From Haliotis rubra (lineage: Eukaryota), in contig NW_025766769.1 in the NCBI RefSeq assembly GCF_003918875.1, positions 620,001 through 684,000 on the forward strand: 64,000 nt of DNA, read 5' to 3'. Below are positions 1 to 12,454 of the stretch, piece after piece. Under the pieces are notes generated by a model that was not told where the DNA came from, did not search any database, and was given only the letters and a program-made list of their open reading frames with translations. The stretch's first letter is position 1, and the number at the start of each line of letters is the position of its first letter. Both the position numbers and the translations under genes were made by a program.

Positions 1-3000
1 TGACGTATCCCTTCAGTGATCATGGAGAGACGTATCCCTTCAGCGATCAGTGACGTATCCCTTCAGTGATCATGCAGTGACGTATCCCTTCAGTGATCAT
101 GCAGTGACGTATCCCTTCAGTGATCATGCAGTGACGTATCCCTTCAGTGATCATGCAGTGACGTATCCCTTCAGCGATCAGTGACGTATCCCTTCAGTGG
201 TCATGGAGAGACGTATCCCTTCAGCGATCAGTGACGTATCCCTTCAGTGATCATGCAGTGACGTATCCCTTCAGTGATAAGTGACGTATCCCTTCAGTGG
301 TCAGTGACGTATCCCTTCCGTGGTCATGGAGAGACGTATCCCTTCAGCGATCAGTGACGTATCCCTTCAGCGATCAGTGACGTATCCCTTCAGTGATCAT
401 GCAGTGACGTATCCCTTCAGTGGTCATGGAGAGACGTATCCCTTCAGCGATCAGTGACGTATCCCTTCAGTGATCATGCAGTGACGTATCCCTTCAGCGA
501 TCAGTGACGTATCCCTTCAGTGATCATGCAGTGACGTATCCCTTCAGTGGTCATGGAGACGTATCCCTTCAGCGATCAGTGACGTATCCCTTCAGTGATC
601 ATGCAGTGACGTATCCCTTCAGTGATCAGTGACGTATCCCTTCAGTGATCATGCAGTGACGTATCCCTTCAGTGATCATGCAGTGACGTATCCCTTCAGT
701 GATCATGCAGTGACGTATCCCTTCAGTGATCATGCAGTGACGTATCCCTTCAGCGATCAGTGACGTATCCCTTCAGTGGTCATGGAGAGACGTATCCCTT
801 CAGCGATCAGTGACGTATCCCTTCAGTGATCATGCAGTGACGTATCCCTTCAGTGATAAGTGACGTATCCCTTCAGTGGTCAGTGACGTATCCCTTCCCT
901 GGTCATGGAGAGACGTATTTCTTCAGTGATCATGCAGTGACGTATCCCTTCAGCTATCAGTGACGTATCCCTTCAGTGATCATGCAGTGACGTATCCCTT
1001 CAGTGATCATGGAGAGACGTATCCCTTCAGTGATCAGTGACGTATCCCTTCAGTGATCATGGAGAGACGTATCCCTTCAGTGATCAGTGACGTATCCCTT
1101 CAGTGATCATGCAGTGACGTATCCCTTCAGTGATCATGCAGTGACGTATCCCTTCAGTGATAAGTGACGTATCCCTTCAGCGATCAGTGACGTATCCCTT
1201 CTGTGATCAGTGACGTATCCCTTCAGTGATCATGCAGTGACGTATCCCTTCAGTGATCAGTGACGTATCCCTTAAGTGATCATGCAGTGACGTATCCCTT
1301 CAGTGACGTATGCCTTCAGTGATCATGCAGTGACGTATCCCTTCAGTGATCATGCAGTGACGTATCCCTTCAGTGACGTATCCCTTCTGTGATCAGTGAC
1401 GTATCCCTTCAGTTATCATGCAGTGACGTATCCCTTCAGTGATCATGAAGTGACGTATCCCTTCAATGATCATGCAGTGACGTATCCCTTCAGTGACGTA
1501 TCCCTTCAGTGATCAGTGACGTATCCCTTCAGTGATCATGCAGTGACGTGTCCCTTCAATGATCATGCAGTGACGTATCCCTTCAGTGATCAGTGACGTA
1601 TCCCTTCAGTGATCATGCAGTGACGTATCCCTTCAGTGATCAGTGACGTATCCCTTCAGTGGTCAGTGACGTATCCCTTCAGTGGTCATGGAGAGACGTA
1701 TCCCTTCAGCGATCAGTGACGTATCCCTTCAGTGATCATGCAGTGACGTATCCCTTCAGTGATCATGCAGTGACGTATCCCTTCAGTGATCATGCAGTGA
1801 CGTATCCCTTCAGTGATCATGCAGTGACGTATCCCTTCAGTGATAAGTGACGTATCCCTTCAGTGGTCATGCAGTGACGTATCCCTTCAGTGATCAGTGA
1901 CGTATCCCTTCAGTGATAAGTGACGTATCCCTTCAGTGATCATGCAGTGACGTATCCCTTCAGTGACGTATCCCTTCAGTGGTCAGTGACGTATCCCTTC
2001 CGTGGTCATGGAGAGACGTATCCCTTCAGCGATCAGTGACGTATCCCTTCAGTGGTCAGTGACGTATCCTTCAGTGGTCAGTGACGTATCCCTTCAGTAA
2101 TCAGTGACGTATCCCTTTCAGCGATCAGTGACGTATTCCTTCAGTGATCAGTGACGACGTCATCAGCTGAGCGACGATATCCTCAGTGATCCCTTCAGTG
2201 ATCAGTGACGTATCCCTTCAGATCAGTGACGATCCAGTGACGTATCCCTTCAGTGATCAGTGAGACGTATCCCTTCAGTGATCAGTGACGTATCCCTTCA
2301 GTGATCAGTGACGTATCCCTTCAGTGATCATGGTGACGTATCCTTCAGTGATCAGTGATATCCCTTCAGCGATCAGTGACGTATCCCTTCAGTGATCATG
2401 ATCGTGAGTGACGTATCCCTTCAGTGGATCAGTGACGACGTATCCCTTCAGTGATCAGTGACGTATCCCTTCAGCGATCATGTGGAGTGACGTATCCCTT
2501 CAGTGATCAGTGACGTATCCCTTCAGCGATCATGTGACGTATCCCTTCAGTGATCATGCAGTGACGTATCCTTCAGTGATCAGTGACGTATCCCTTCAGT
2601 GATCATGTATCCTTTCAGTGAGTGACGTATCCCTTCAGTGATCATGTGACGTATGACGTATCCCTTCAGTGATCAGTGACGTATCCTTCAGTGATCAGTG
2701 ACGTATTCTTCAGCCGTTCCGCTTCATGGTCATGTATCCCTTCAGTGGTCAGATCCCTTCAGTGATCATGCAGTGACGTATCCCTTCAGTCAGTGATCCC
2801 TTCAGTGATCATGTGACGTATCCCTTCAGTGATCAGTGACGTATCCTTCAGCGATCATGCAGTGACGTATCCCTTCAGTGACGTATCCCTTCAGTGATCA
2901 TGCGTGACGTATCCTTCAGTGATCATGTATCCTTCAGCGATTGACGTATCAGTGATCATGGAGTGACGTATCCTTCAGTGACGTATCCCTTCAGTGATCA

Positions 3001-4870
3001 GTGACGTATCCCTTCAGTGATCATGCAGTGACGTATCCCTTCAGTGATCAGTGACGTATCCCTCAGTGATCATGCAGACCCTTCAGTCAGTGATCGTGAT
3101 CCTGACGTATCCCTTCAGTGATCATGCAGTGATCAGTGACGTATCCCTTCAGTGATCATGCGTAGTGACGTGATCCCTTCAGTGATGCAGTGACGTATCC
3201 CTTCAGTGATGACGTATCATCATGCAGTGACGTATCCTTCATGCAGTGATCAGTGACGTATCCCTTCAGTGATCATGCAGTGACGTATCCCTTCAGTGAT
3301 CATGCAGTGACGTATCCCTTCAATGATCATGCAGTGACGTATCCCTTCAGTGATCAGTGACGTATCCCTTCAGTGGTCAGTGACGTATCCCTTCCGTGGT
3401 CATGGAGAGACGTATCCCTTCAGCGATCAGTGACGTATCCCTTCAGTGGTCAGTGACGTATCCCTTCAGTGGTCAGTGACGTATCCCTTCAGTAATCAGT
3501 GACGTATTTCTTCAGTGATCATGAAACAGTTGTAATAGTGTACACTGACGTATCCCTTCAGCGATCAGTGACGTATCCCTTCAGTGATCATGCAGTGACG
3601 TATCCCTTCAGTGATCAGTGACGTATCCCCTCAGTGGTCAGTGACGTATTTCTTCAGTGATCATGCAGTGACGTATCCCTTCAGTGATCAGTGACGTATC
3701 CCTTCAGTGGTCATGGAGAGACGTATCCCTTCAGCGATCAGTGACGTATCCCTTCAATGATCATGCAGTGACGTATCCCTTCAGTGATCATGCAGTGACG
3801 TATCCCTTCAGTGACGTATCCCTTCTGTGATCAGTGACGTATCCCTTCAGTGATCATGCAGTGACGTATCCCTTCAGTGATCATGCAGTGACGTATCCCT
3901 TCAGTGACGTATCCCTTCTGTGATCAGTGACGTATCCCTTCAGTGATCATGCAGTGACGTATCCCTTCAGTGATCATGAAGTGACGTATCCCTTCAATGA
4001 TCATGCAGTGACGTATCCCTTCAGTGACGTATCCCTTCAGTGATCAGTGACGTATCCCTTCAGTGATCATGCAGTGACGTGTCCCTTCAATGATCATGCA
4101 GTGACGTATCCCTTCAGTGATCAGTGACGTATCCCTTCAGTGATCATGCAGTGACGTATCCCTTCAGTGATCAGTGACGTATCCCTTCAGTGGTCAGTGA
4201 CGTATCCCTTCAGTGGTCATGGAGAGACGTATCCCTTCAGTGATCAGTGACGTATCCCTTCAGTGATCATGCAGTGACGTATCCCTTCAGTGATCATGCA
4301 GTGACGTATCCCTTCAGTGATCATGCAGTGACGTATCCCTTCAGTGATCATGCAGTGACGTATCCCTTCAGTGATAAGTGACGTATCCCTTCAGTGGTCA
4401 TGCAGTGACGTATCACTTCAGTGATCAGTGACGTATCCCTTCAGTGATAAGTGACGTATCCCTTCAGTGATCATGCAGTGACGTATCCCTTCAGTGACGT
4501 ATCCCTTCAGTGGTCAGTGACGTATCCCTTCCGTGGTCATGGAGAGACGTATCCCTTCAGCGATCAGTGACGTATCCCTTCAGTGGTCAGTGACGTATCC
4601 CTTCAGTGGTCAGTGACGTATCCCTTCAGTAATCAGTGACGTATCCCTTTAGCGATCAGTGACGTATTCCTTCAGCGATCAGTGACGTATCCCTTCAGCG
4701 ATCAGTGACGTATTCCTTCAGCAATCAGTGACGTATCCCTTCAGCGATCAGTGACGATCAGTGACGTATCCCTTCAGTGATCAGTGACGTATTCTTTCAG
4801 CGATCAGTGACGTATCCCTTCAGCGATCAGTGACGTATCCCCTCAGCAATCAGTGACGTATCCCTTCAGG
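1..4870. repeat. Satellite array, 23/27-bp units (CAGTGACGTATCCCTTCAGTGAT[CATG])
   Basis: Direct tandem repetition from window start; higher-order re-use (about 1300-2100 resembles 3800-4650); indel-rich segment about 2050-3300. Confidence 0.97.
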
Positions 4871-5174
4871 CGCTGACCAGTCTAACCCAGAACCTTTCGG
4901 TTCACACACCGGGAGGTACTAAAACCTAAGGCACCCACAACAATGATGAGTCGGACAACTCTTGATACTCGGGAAATTTCGTACGCGAGTTCTGAATCGT
5001 TTGCCATGTTTCTCCTGAATCTTGTCAACCACATTTGTGTCCAAAGGGACCGAAAATGTAATGATATAAATGATTTCAATGAAAAGAGAAAGATCGCGTC
5101 CCTTGTTGGTTTGAATACGTCTGATCCTGTGCGGGCCTATTCCAAAGACTTTAATGATTATCATTTTCTATGAC

Positions 5175-6420
5175 ACCATAAAGAGGACAGCACCACCAGA
5201 CCATGTGGACTTTACCATATAGAGGACAGCACCACCAGGCCATGTGAACTTTACCATACAGAGGACAGCACCACCAGGCCATGTGGACTTTACCATATAG
5301 AGGACAGCACCACCAGGCCATGTGGACTTTACCATATAGAGGACAGCACCACCAGGCCATGTGGACTTTACCATATAGAGGACAGCACCACAAGGCCATG
5401 TGGACTTTACCATACAGAGGACAGCACCACCAGGCTCTGTGGACTTTACCATATAGAGGACAGCACCACAAGGCCATGCGGACTTTACCATATAGAGGAC
5501 AGCACCACCAGGCTCTGTGGACTTTACCATATAGAGGACAGCACCACCAGGCTCTGTGGACTTTACCATATAGAGGACAGCACCACCAGGCCATGTGGAC
5601 TTTACCATAAAGAGGACAGCATCACCAGGCCATGTGGACTTTACCATATAGAGGACAGCACCACAAGGCCATGTGGACTTTACCATAAAGAGGACAGCAT
5701 CACCAGGCCATGTGGACTTTACCATATAGAGGACAGCACCACAAGGCCATGTGGACTTTGCCATATAGAGGACAGCACCACCAGACCATGTGGACTTAAC
5801 CATATAGAGGACAACACCACCAGGCCATGTGGACTTTACCATATAGAGGACAGCACCACCAGACCATGTGGACTTTACCATATAGAGGACAGCACCATTA
5901 GGCCATGTGGACTTTACCATATAGAGGACAACACCACAAGGCCATGTGGACTTTACCATATAGAGGACAGCACCACCAGACCATGTGGACTTCACCATAT
6001 AGAGGACAGCACCACCAGGCTCTGTGGACTTTACCATATAGAGGACAGCACCACCAGGCTCTGTGGACTTTACCATATAGAGGACAGTACCACCAGGCCC
6101 TGTGGACTTTACCATATAGAGGACAGCACCACCAGGCCCTGTGGACTTTACCATATAGAGGACAGCACCACCAGGCCCTGTGGACTTTACCATATAGAGG
6201 ACAGCACCACCAGGCCATGTGGACTTTACCATATAGAGGACAGCACCACCAGGCCCTGTGGACTTTACCATATAGAGGACAGCACCACCAGGCCCTGTGG
6301 ACTTTACCATATAGAGGACAGCACCACAAGGCCCTGTGGACTTTACCATATAGAGGACAGCACCACAAGGCCCTGTGGACTTTACCATATAGAGGACAGC
6401 ACCACAAGGCCCTGTGGACT
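5175..6420. repeat. 39-bp minisatellite (TTTACCATATAGAGGACAGCACCACCAGGCCATGTGGAC)
   Basis: About 32 tandem units; explains the 13-aa repeat ORFs on both strands. Confidence 0.97.
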
Positions 6421-8185
6421 ATAACCATCACCTGGGTTTATAGATAGTTGATCTATACTCAAGAAGTAAATGAAGGGATAAAATCCTATAGTTTGATTGT
6501 CACAACCACGCATGACACGCACCGGTGTCTCTGTATTTGTACTCCTGACATAAACTTATAAACATAGCAGTAAATGGAAACATCCTCCGATACCCCTATG
6601 TGTCACCTGTGCCTGGTAACAGGACATACAAAAACCCACAAAAAGGAAAACAGTTCACAAACAGGAAGTAAGTTGAAGTGGGGAAACCCAGATTTTGCAT
6701 TTAAATTCACGAGTGACGTTTTACTTCCTCCTTCAAACTGCATAACACTCGGTGCACACAGTCAGTACGCTCACTTCTCGCCTGGACAACACGACCTACC
6801 CACGGTAAGTACAGAGTCTTACTTCACCTTGTTGGTGACACCACTCCGTACATGTACCCAGAGTTATACATGGAGTGTACCGTATACCGACATGTACCGA
6901 CAGATACATGGAGAGTACCGTATACCGACATGTACCGACAGATACATGGAGAGTACGACATGAGTTGTTAACACACAAGTCCATTTCTGTTTCGAGCAGT
7001 ACCATGAATAGCCATACCGTGGTCGTAACTAGGTCACATGGCCTCAGAGTGGCGGGTGAATCTCTCGCCTGTTGGGGTGACGTGTGTTCAAGGAGACCTT
7101 TGCCGGGGCGTGCAGGAGTGACGTGTGTTCACGGAGAACTTGCCGGGGCGTGCAGGAGTGACGTGTGTTCACGGGGAACGTAGATATGGAGATGGTAGAT
7201 TTAAGGGGTGGGGGAGATGGTAGATTTATGGAGAGGAGGTGAAGCGTAGATTGTTGATGGTGACACCACTCCGGTGAAGGGTATGCTATAGAAAGGGGCT
7301 GAAGGGTTGATTATGTAAGAGGGGGGTGAAGGGTAGATTATGGGGAGGGGGTGTACATTATGGGGAGGTAAAGGGTAGATTATGGGGAGGGGGTGTACAT
7401 TATTGGGAGGGGGTAGTGATATGTAAGGTACTCTATGACAGACACTGTACATACATTCAGTGTAGCTCGAACAGAGAGAAGGAAGGAAGTATGTCTCTTA
7501 CATATCTTAACGCACCCTATTCTAGCTAATTCACTTCTGGGTTAAGAATGGAGGACAGTTTCAAGAGCGACTGTGTACTACATCACCCCGTGGCTCTCCC
7601 AAGTATACACCAGCTATCTAGACCACAAGCTGGGTGCCTACAAAAACTGGGCAGTGAGTGTGTAGCTCCTGACCGAATCGTAAAACAACAGCGATTGAGG
7701 TATGATGTTATTCGTTCCCAAGATTAATTCAAACACGGCCATGCCTGCAAGGTCATGTCACATGGGTTTTCGATCAGGTTTACACGATAGGAGACTAATT
7801 AATTCCTTGTTCCGCTGGGGTTAGTTTGTTGACCGTCCCCTGGAGTTTCACATTTCTGTTCCCTTCACGACTTCCTTGTAGCTTCTTAGATAACAGCTTT
7901 ATTTCCTGTCACGTGACATACGATGATCAATATTCGTAAAATACAGCTTTCCCAGAAATTATCGAGAAAATCTTTGTTTCCTTATATTGATAATAGAATT
8001 TTAAAATAGGTGTTACATTGTGTAGTAAGGTACTCAATATGGGAGGCAACTCTGGTGGGCTTAAGAATGACTCTTACTACATCAATAGTTTCTCCCCTGA
8101 TGTATCAGACGGCTGCCTTTGTTGATGTGGCAGAGTTGACAGCAGAAGAGAATAGAAAGCAGGCTCTAGACGACTCTGAAAGGAA

Positions 8186-8392
8186 GAATGATGGCATTTT
8201 TTATGGATATACAACTTCTGTTATTCTGTGAAGGGCGACTTTACGACATAGATTCTAATGTTGTCAAGCAACCTTAGAATCTATGTCGAAACGTCGCCCT
8301 TCACAGAATGAAAGAAGTTGTGTATCCATAAAAATGGTCATCATTCTTCAATTCTTCATCAACTCAACTTCTAAAATGCCCATCAAAGAAGA
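8186..8392. mobile_element. Palindromic non-autonomous element, Penelope-like inverted ends (tentative)
   Basis: About 80-bp arms 8186-8265 and 8270-8349 are reverse complements; shares CGAAA.GTCG...AGAAT.AAAGAAGTTG..ATCCAT and AAAATGCC..TCAAAGAAG motifs with the element at 43348-44436. Confidence 0.55.
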
Positions 8393-8864
8393 TTTTGAAA
8401 GGGGCGTGAGTAATACAAAAAGATTTAGCTGGTAGACACGACATTCTTCAAAATACAGAACTTTGAAGAATATTCAGTGAGGAATTGGGATTGAGCTCAA
8501 GACAGGGAGGGCAAGGGGGAGGAGGAAGTTCAGTACTACGGATCGCCGGCGACTTGGTCAAATTGTGAGAAGGGGAAAACTGAAAAGCGTTGATAATATC
8601 AGAAATGAGATGATTAATAGAGGAAGTCCTCACGTATGTATTGAAACCCATGGACTAGAATGACAAAGACTTACGTGGGTGAAAAAGCGCGGAATTCCCT
8701 CACCATTGATGAACGATGCACAAAGAGGAAGGCGTTTTCAAAGTAAGGCTCACGAAAATCAAGATTGGGATAATGTTTTCTTTCTGTCTGGCTTATTCCA
8801 AACTTTGTGAAAATTTGGACAAATGATACCGTGAAACCTATTTACCAACGCCCAAAACATAGCC

Positions 8865-8957
8865 CGATATTTCACAGTTTACCCATGTGGGGAATCGACG
8901 ACGGGTCTTCGGCGTGACGAGCAAACGCTTTAACCACGTGGCTACCCCACCGCCCCT
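8865..8957 (-). mobile_element. tRNA-derived SINE, 5' fragment
   Basis: Reverse complement matches the head of the SINE copies at 10700 and 11765 (GGGCGGTGGGGTAGCC..GTGGTTAAAGCG..CTCGTCACGCCGAAGACCC). Confidence 0.8.
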
Positions 8958-8964
8958 ATGAAGA

Positions 8965-9070
8965 AAGAAGTGGTCGAAAATTGCGATACGCTGTCACACG
9001 ATTTCCAACAAACTGTACCTAGGCGCATCCAGTCCTGTTTGCAGGACAAGGAGGTCTCACAAAGTACTGA
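8965..9070 (+). pseudogene. Tc1/mariner transposase C-terminal relic
   Basis: Frameshifted PRRIQSCLQDK-GGLTKY* resembles the Tc1 C-terminal motif MPRR....i.akGG.TKY. Confidence 0.45.
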
Positions 9071-9527
9071 CAAGACACTTAGACTGTAAGAGAATCATAT
9101 CTCAACATATTCATTTAAATAAAACGTCTATAGTTTTTTATACAAGTATTAGATATTTGCCGAAACAACTTTCACAATAATTTCTGGGAATACTATCTGT
9201 AAAAAGTAAAACCAAAATTATCAGTTTTGTACACTTGTTTTGGGGGTGCCAGGCGTCATTGATTTTGTACATGACATGCAAACAGGGGAGGTGTCACCTA
9301 CTTTGTACACAATATATTTATTTAATCTTTTTAATTTTATTTTTGAAATATATATATATATATTTTTGTTTTTTTTGGGGGGGAGGAGGGAGGTGGTCAT
9401 TCGCATTGTACATGCTTCTCCATAAAAATCATCATCACCCCCTTAGCCATAAATGTCAAGAAGTTTTCGGCACACCTTTCATTCCCTGAATCATAGCTCT
9501 CATGTGTTACCCTTTACGATCCTTCAG

Positions 9528-12072
9528 ATGACTTCGCCGATCACGTTGATGTTGGTGCTGTTCCTGACGTCGGTGCAAGGCAACGTGTTGCTGAAGGACG
9601 CCATTAGGAATGCGTTCTACGGCTTGTCCCGTGACTTTGCGAGTGGCGGCTCGAAACAACTCACCGAGGCCGGCCATGTGCAGAGCTGCAGTAAGATCGA
9701 TGTCTGATACATACGTGTGCGTGTGCGTGTGCGTGTGCGTGTGTTTTCTAAATTAGGTGCTATGTTATTGGACTGAAGAGATGTATATATAAGGAGTGTA
9801 AAGGCCAACGGTTGGGAACAAGATGACGATAGAGGTTTCAGAGTACTACAAACGGCCGGCTGTTAGGGACACGATGATGCACAGGATCCAGGAGTATAAA
9901 ACCGCTTCGTTTAGGGACAGGGTAATGGGGATTCCCTAGGGAATTGTTATGGAGCTCTCAGTGGGGCAACGACGACTTGGGTTACGGTCAAGGTGATACA
10001 GAGGTTTGGGATAAAAACAAGAACTGTGAACAATATTACGTTCATTCTAACAGGTAGAACTCTGACTACATTCCAGGCCCAACAGACCCTAAGTTCAATG
10101 TGACGTGGGAGCCCAAGGTTCTCGACCCCGAGGGGAGTATCGTTGTCAACTACACCTATAAGATCCGTAAGTATCTCCTGCAACAACACTCAACTACTAC
10201 CCTTGTTCAGTGACTTCTGACATTTCCATCACGGTTAATATGACAGGCTGGTTGAATGTCTCAGAGGTACTTGCGACATCTGAACTTCGTTAGTCGTACA
10301 TTCAGTGATCAGTGACGTCCCTCCTTGTTTGACTTGTGTCGTTCTGGGTATAGGAATACTTCCATGTTTGACGAAAGTGATACTAATGACCATTATGTTT
10401 CAGCTCACGACTTCAACTCGGGAATTGCTGACGTAGCCCTGTACTTCAACAAGATACAAAACCCCATCTTTGAAGACTCGTTCCCCGTCACCTGCGATGA
10501 AGTCAAGAAATACATTCCCTGTCCTTTCAAGGGCGGACGTAAGTTTTCATGTCTCTTTCCTGTCATTATCCTTCTATGACAAATGAGTGTTACGAGAGTT
10601 CTGAATTTGGTACCATTAAAAAAGGAAGTTTTCAAAATGTTTGAATGTCATCTCAATAGTTCAAATTCATCGAATGTCCTTATCTGTTACAAAGAGGATG
10701 GAACGGTGTGGTAGCCTAGTGGTTAAAGTGTTCGCTCGTCACGCCGAAGACCCGGGTTCGATTCCCCACATGGGTACTATGTGTGAAGCCCATTTCTGGT
10801 GTTCCCGCTGTGATATTGCTGGAATATTGCTAAAAGCGGCGTTAAACCATAAATCACTCACTCACTACAAAGAAGACTGTGATCCTTTCCATGTACACGA
10901 GTGTCCTTTACATGCCACTGTGTTTGGGTTAGGTTCAGTTAAGTGTACAATTTGAATGCAATACTAAGCATATGCGATGATTCTGCAATGTTCAACTTTT
11001 GATTTTCCAGCAACTTTCCATGGAACCTACCCCTACTCGAACCTGCTCATCCTTAAAGGTTATGATGTATGTATCTGACATTTGGCATGCTTGTGGTGAT
11101 ATTAGTTAATGACCTCATCAGTTCATACTAAGCACTATGATCGCACTCAGCAATATTTAAAGTTATATGGCGACGGCCTCTTAGTATAAAGCCTCGGTCA
11201 GTAAATCCAGTGATTGAAACCATGAGCATCTATCTACGCAATGGAGATAAAATGACATGTGTCAAACACGTCAGCGACCCTGTCAACCCAATAACATAGC
11301 CCGTTGTTAGGACAAGCATGATTGAAGGCGAACACGGTCCTTGACCGCTTTCAGAGCCCTGGCTGAACTCTTAAAGGACGTTCACCAATAATATGGAGAT
11401 CTCATATACTACGACTTTCAATGTGTCTATTCTTCTGTCAGTGGGCAAAGGTGATGTTTGTTAACTTATTCGTGGTTCCTTCAGTTTGAGGGAAACATAG
11501 ATGTTAGTATCAACCGACGTGCGAGTAAAGGAGATATTATACAATTTCTGACCTACATCTTTAGGATCACCTGCTCTTGAGTCAAAGGGCGGAGGGCGAT
11601 GTTCTTGAATCAAGGGCGATGTAACAGTTGTCTGGTATAAGACTTTACTAACAGTAGAACACTTGATAGTGTAGCGCAGTGTTCCTCAGACAGGTAGAGG
11701 AATTAGTCACTTACATGGAATCTTGGTGGCGATACTGCCGCTCTGTGATTGGCTAAAGCTGAATGAGGGCGGTGGGGTAGCCGAGTGGTCAAAGCGTTCG
11801 CTCGTCAAGCCGAAGACCCGGTTCGATTCCCACCTGGGTACGATGTATGAGGACCATTTCTGGTGCCCCCCTCCGTGATATTGCTGGAATATTGCTAAAA
11901 GCCGTGTAAAACCATACTCACTCACTCATTAAAGCTGACTGTCTTGTTCCAGGGTATCTACAAAGCCAAAGTGAATCTGAAGAACCAGGATGGACAGGTC
12001 ATGTTCTGTGCCATAGCAGTAGTTGAAATCAAAGGCAAGGATCAAGACACCCGAAACCCACTGCTGCTTTAA
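9528..12072 (+). CDS. Secreted ML-domain (MD-2-related lipid recognition; NPC2/GM2AP-like) protein, 187 aa; join(9528-9690,10077-10166,10404-10538,11011-11066,11953-12072)
   Basis: All four introns are GT-AG with compatible phases (1,1,1,0); spliced ORF is open: MTSPITLMLVLFLTSVQG (signal peptide)...QSCSPTDPKFNVTWEPKVLDPEGSIVVNYTYKIPHDFNSG...TCDEVKKYIPCPFKGG...GIYKAKVNLKNQDGQVMFC...; four Cys, CP.K.G and G.Y...v.L.nqdG...fC patterns typical of ML domains; the ATG follows TTCAG, so an upstream exon is possible. Confidence 0.85.
9927..9936 (+). promoter_or_regulatory. Candidate NF-kB/Rel site GGGGATTCCC in the first intron of the ML gene
   Basis: Exact match to the GGGRNWYYCC consensus; function unproven. 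Confidence 0.3.
10700..10866 (+). mobile_element. tRNA-derived SINE (intron 3 of ML gene)
   Basis: A-box TAGCCTAGTGG, B-box GGTTCGATTCC, body GCTGGAATATTGCTAAAAGCGGCG, (ACTC)n tail. Confidence 0.9.
11140..11320 (-). mobile_element. Degenerate SINE, same family as 36007-36244
   Basis: Reverse complement aligns with 36040-36225 (CATGCTTGTC..., TTGCGTAGAT.GATGCTCATG, CACTGGATT, AATATTGCTGAGTGCG). Confidence 0.7.
11765..11927 (+). mobile_element. tRNA-derived SINE (intron 4 of ML gene)
   Basis: Same family as 10700-10866: A/B boxes and (ACTC)n tail. Confidence 0.9.
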
Positions 12073-12454
12073 ATGAAGACCAAACTCGACTTTAATTCAA
12101 CTTCCATCTATTTAGAACATACGGCGTTGTGTCCCTTTAACCAGGAAGTACCAGATGTTCGTTGGTGTTGAAAGAAACAATACGTCTTCCTGTTTCTGCT
12201 TATTGTCAGTGCTGCCTTGGCTACTTGCGGTAGCAAAGGAATACTGTTATCATCCTCTATGCTGACATGCTGTCATTTAGAAGAACATAAAACTCTCAAA
12301 ATATGAAATTGATTTTAGTAATCTTTGTTGTGTTTCGTTTGAACACACGCTATAACTGGCATGTACAATCCTACAAATATGAGGATATAACCGTCTCAGT
12401 CACAAACCGAATCAAATGTGACTTCACTTCTATGATATTAATTTCTTCACTCGT

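Noticed and set aside
2050-3300. Locally scrambled repeat units (also 14500-14640 and 38700-38900) as hypermutation
   Set aside because: Indel-dominated noise confined to array interiors is more simply a consensus or assembly error
1-4870. CRISPR-like array
   Set aside because: No unique spacers, no cas genes, eukaryotic context; the same applies to all other arrays in the window
5151-6447. 13-aa repeat ORFs (VKSTWPGGAVLYM etc.)
   Set aside because: Products of a 39-bp minisatellite open in several frames
10700-10775. tRNA gene
   Set aside because: The tRNA-like head continues into a SINE body and (ACTC)n tail and occurs as several diverged copies
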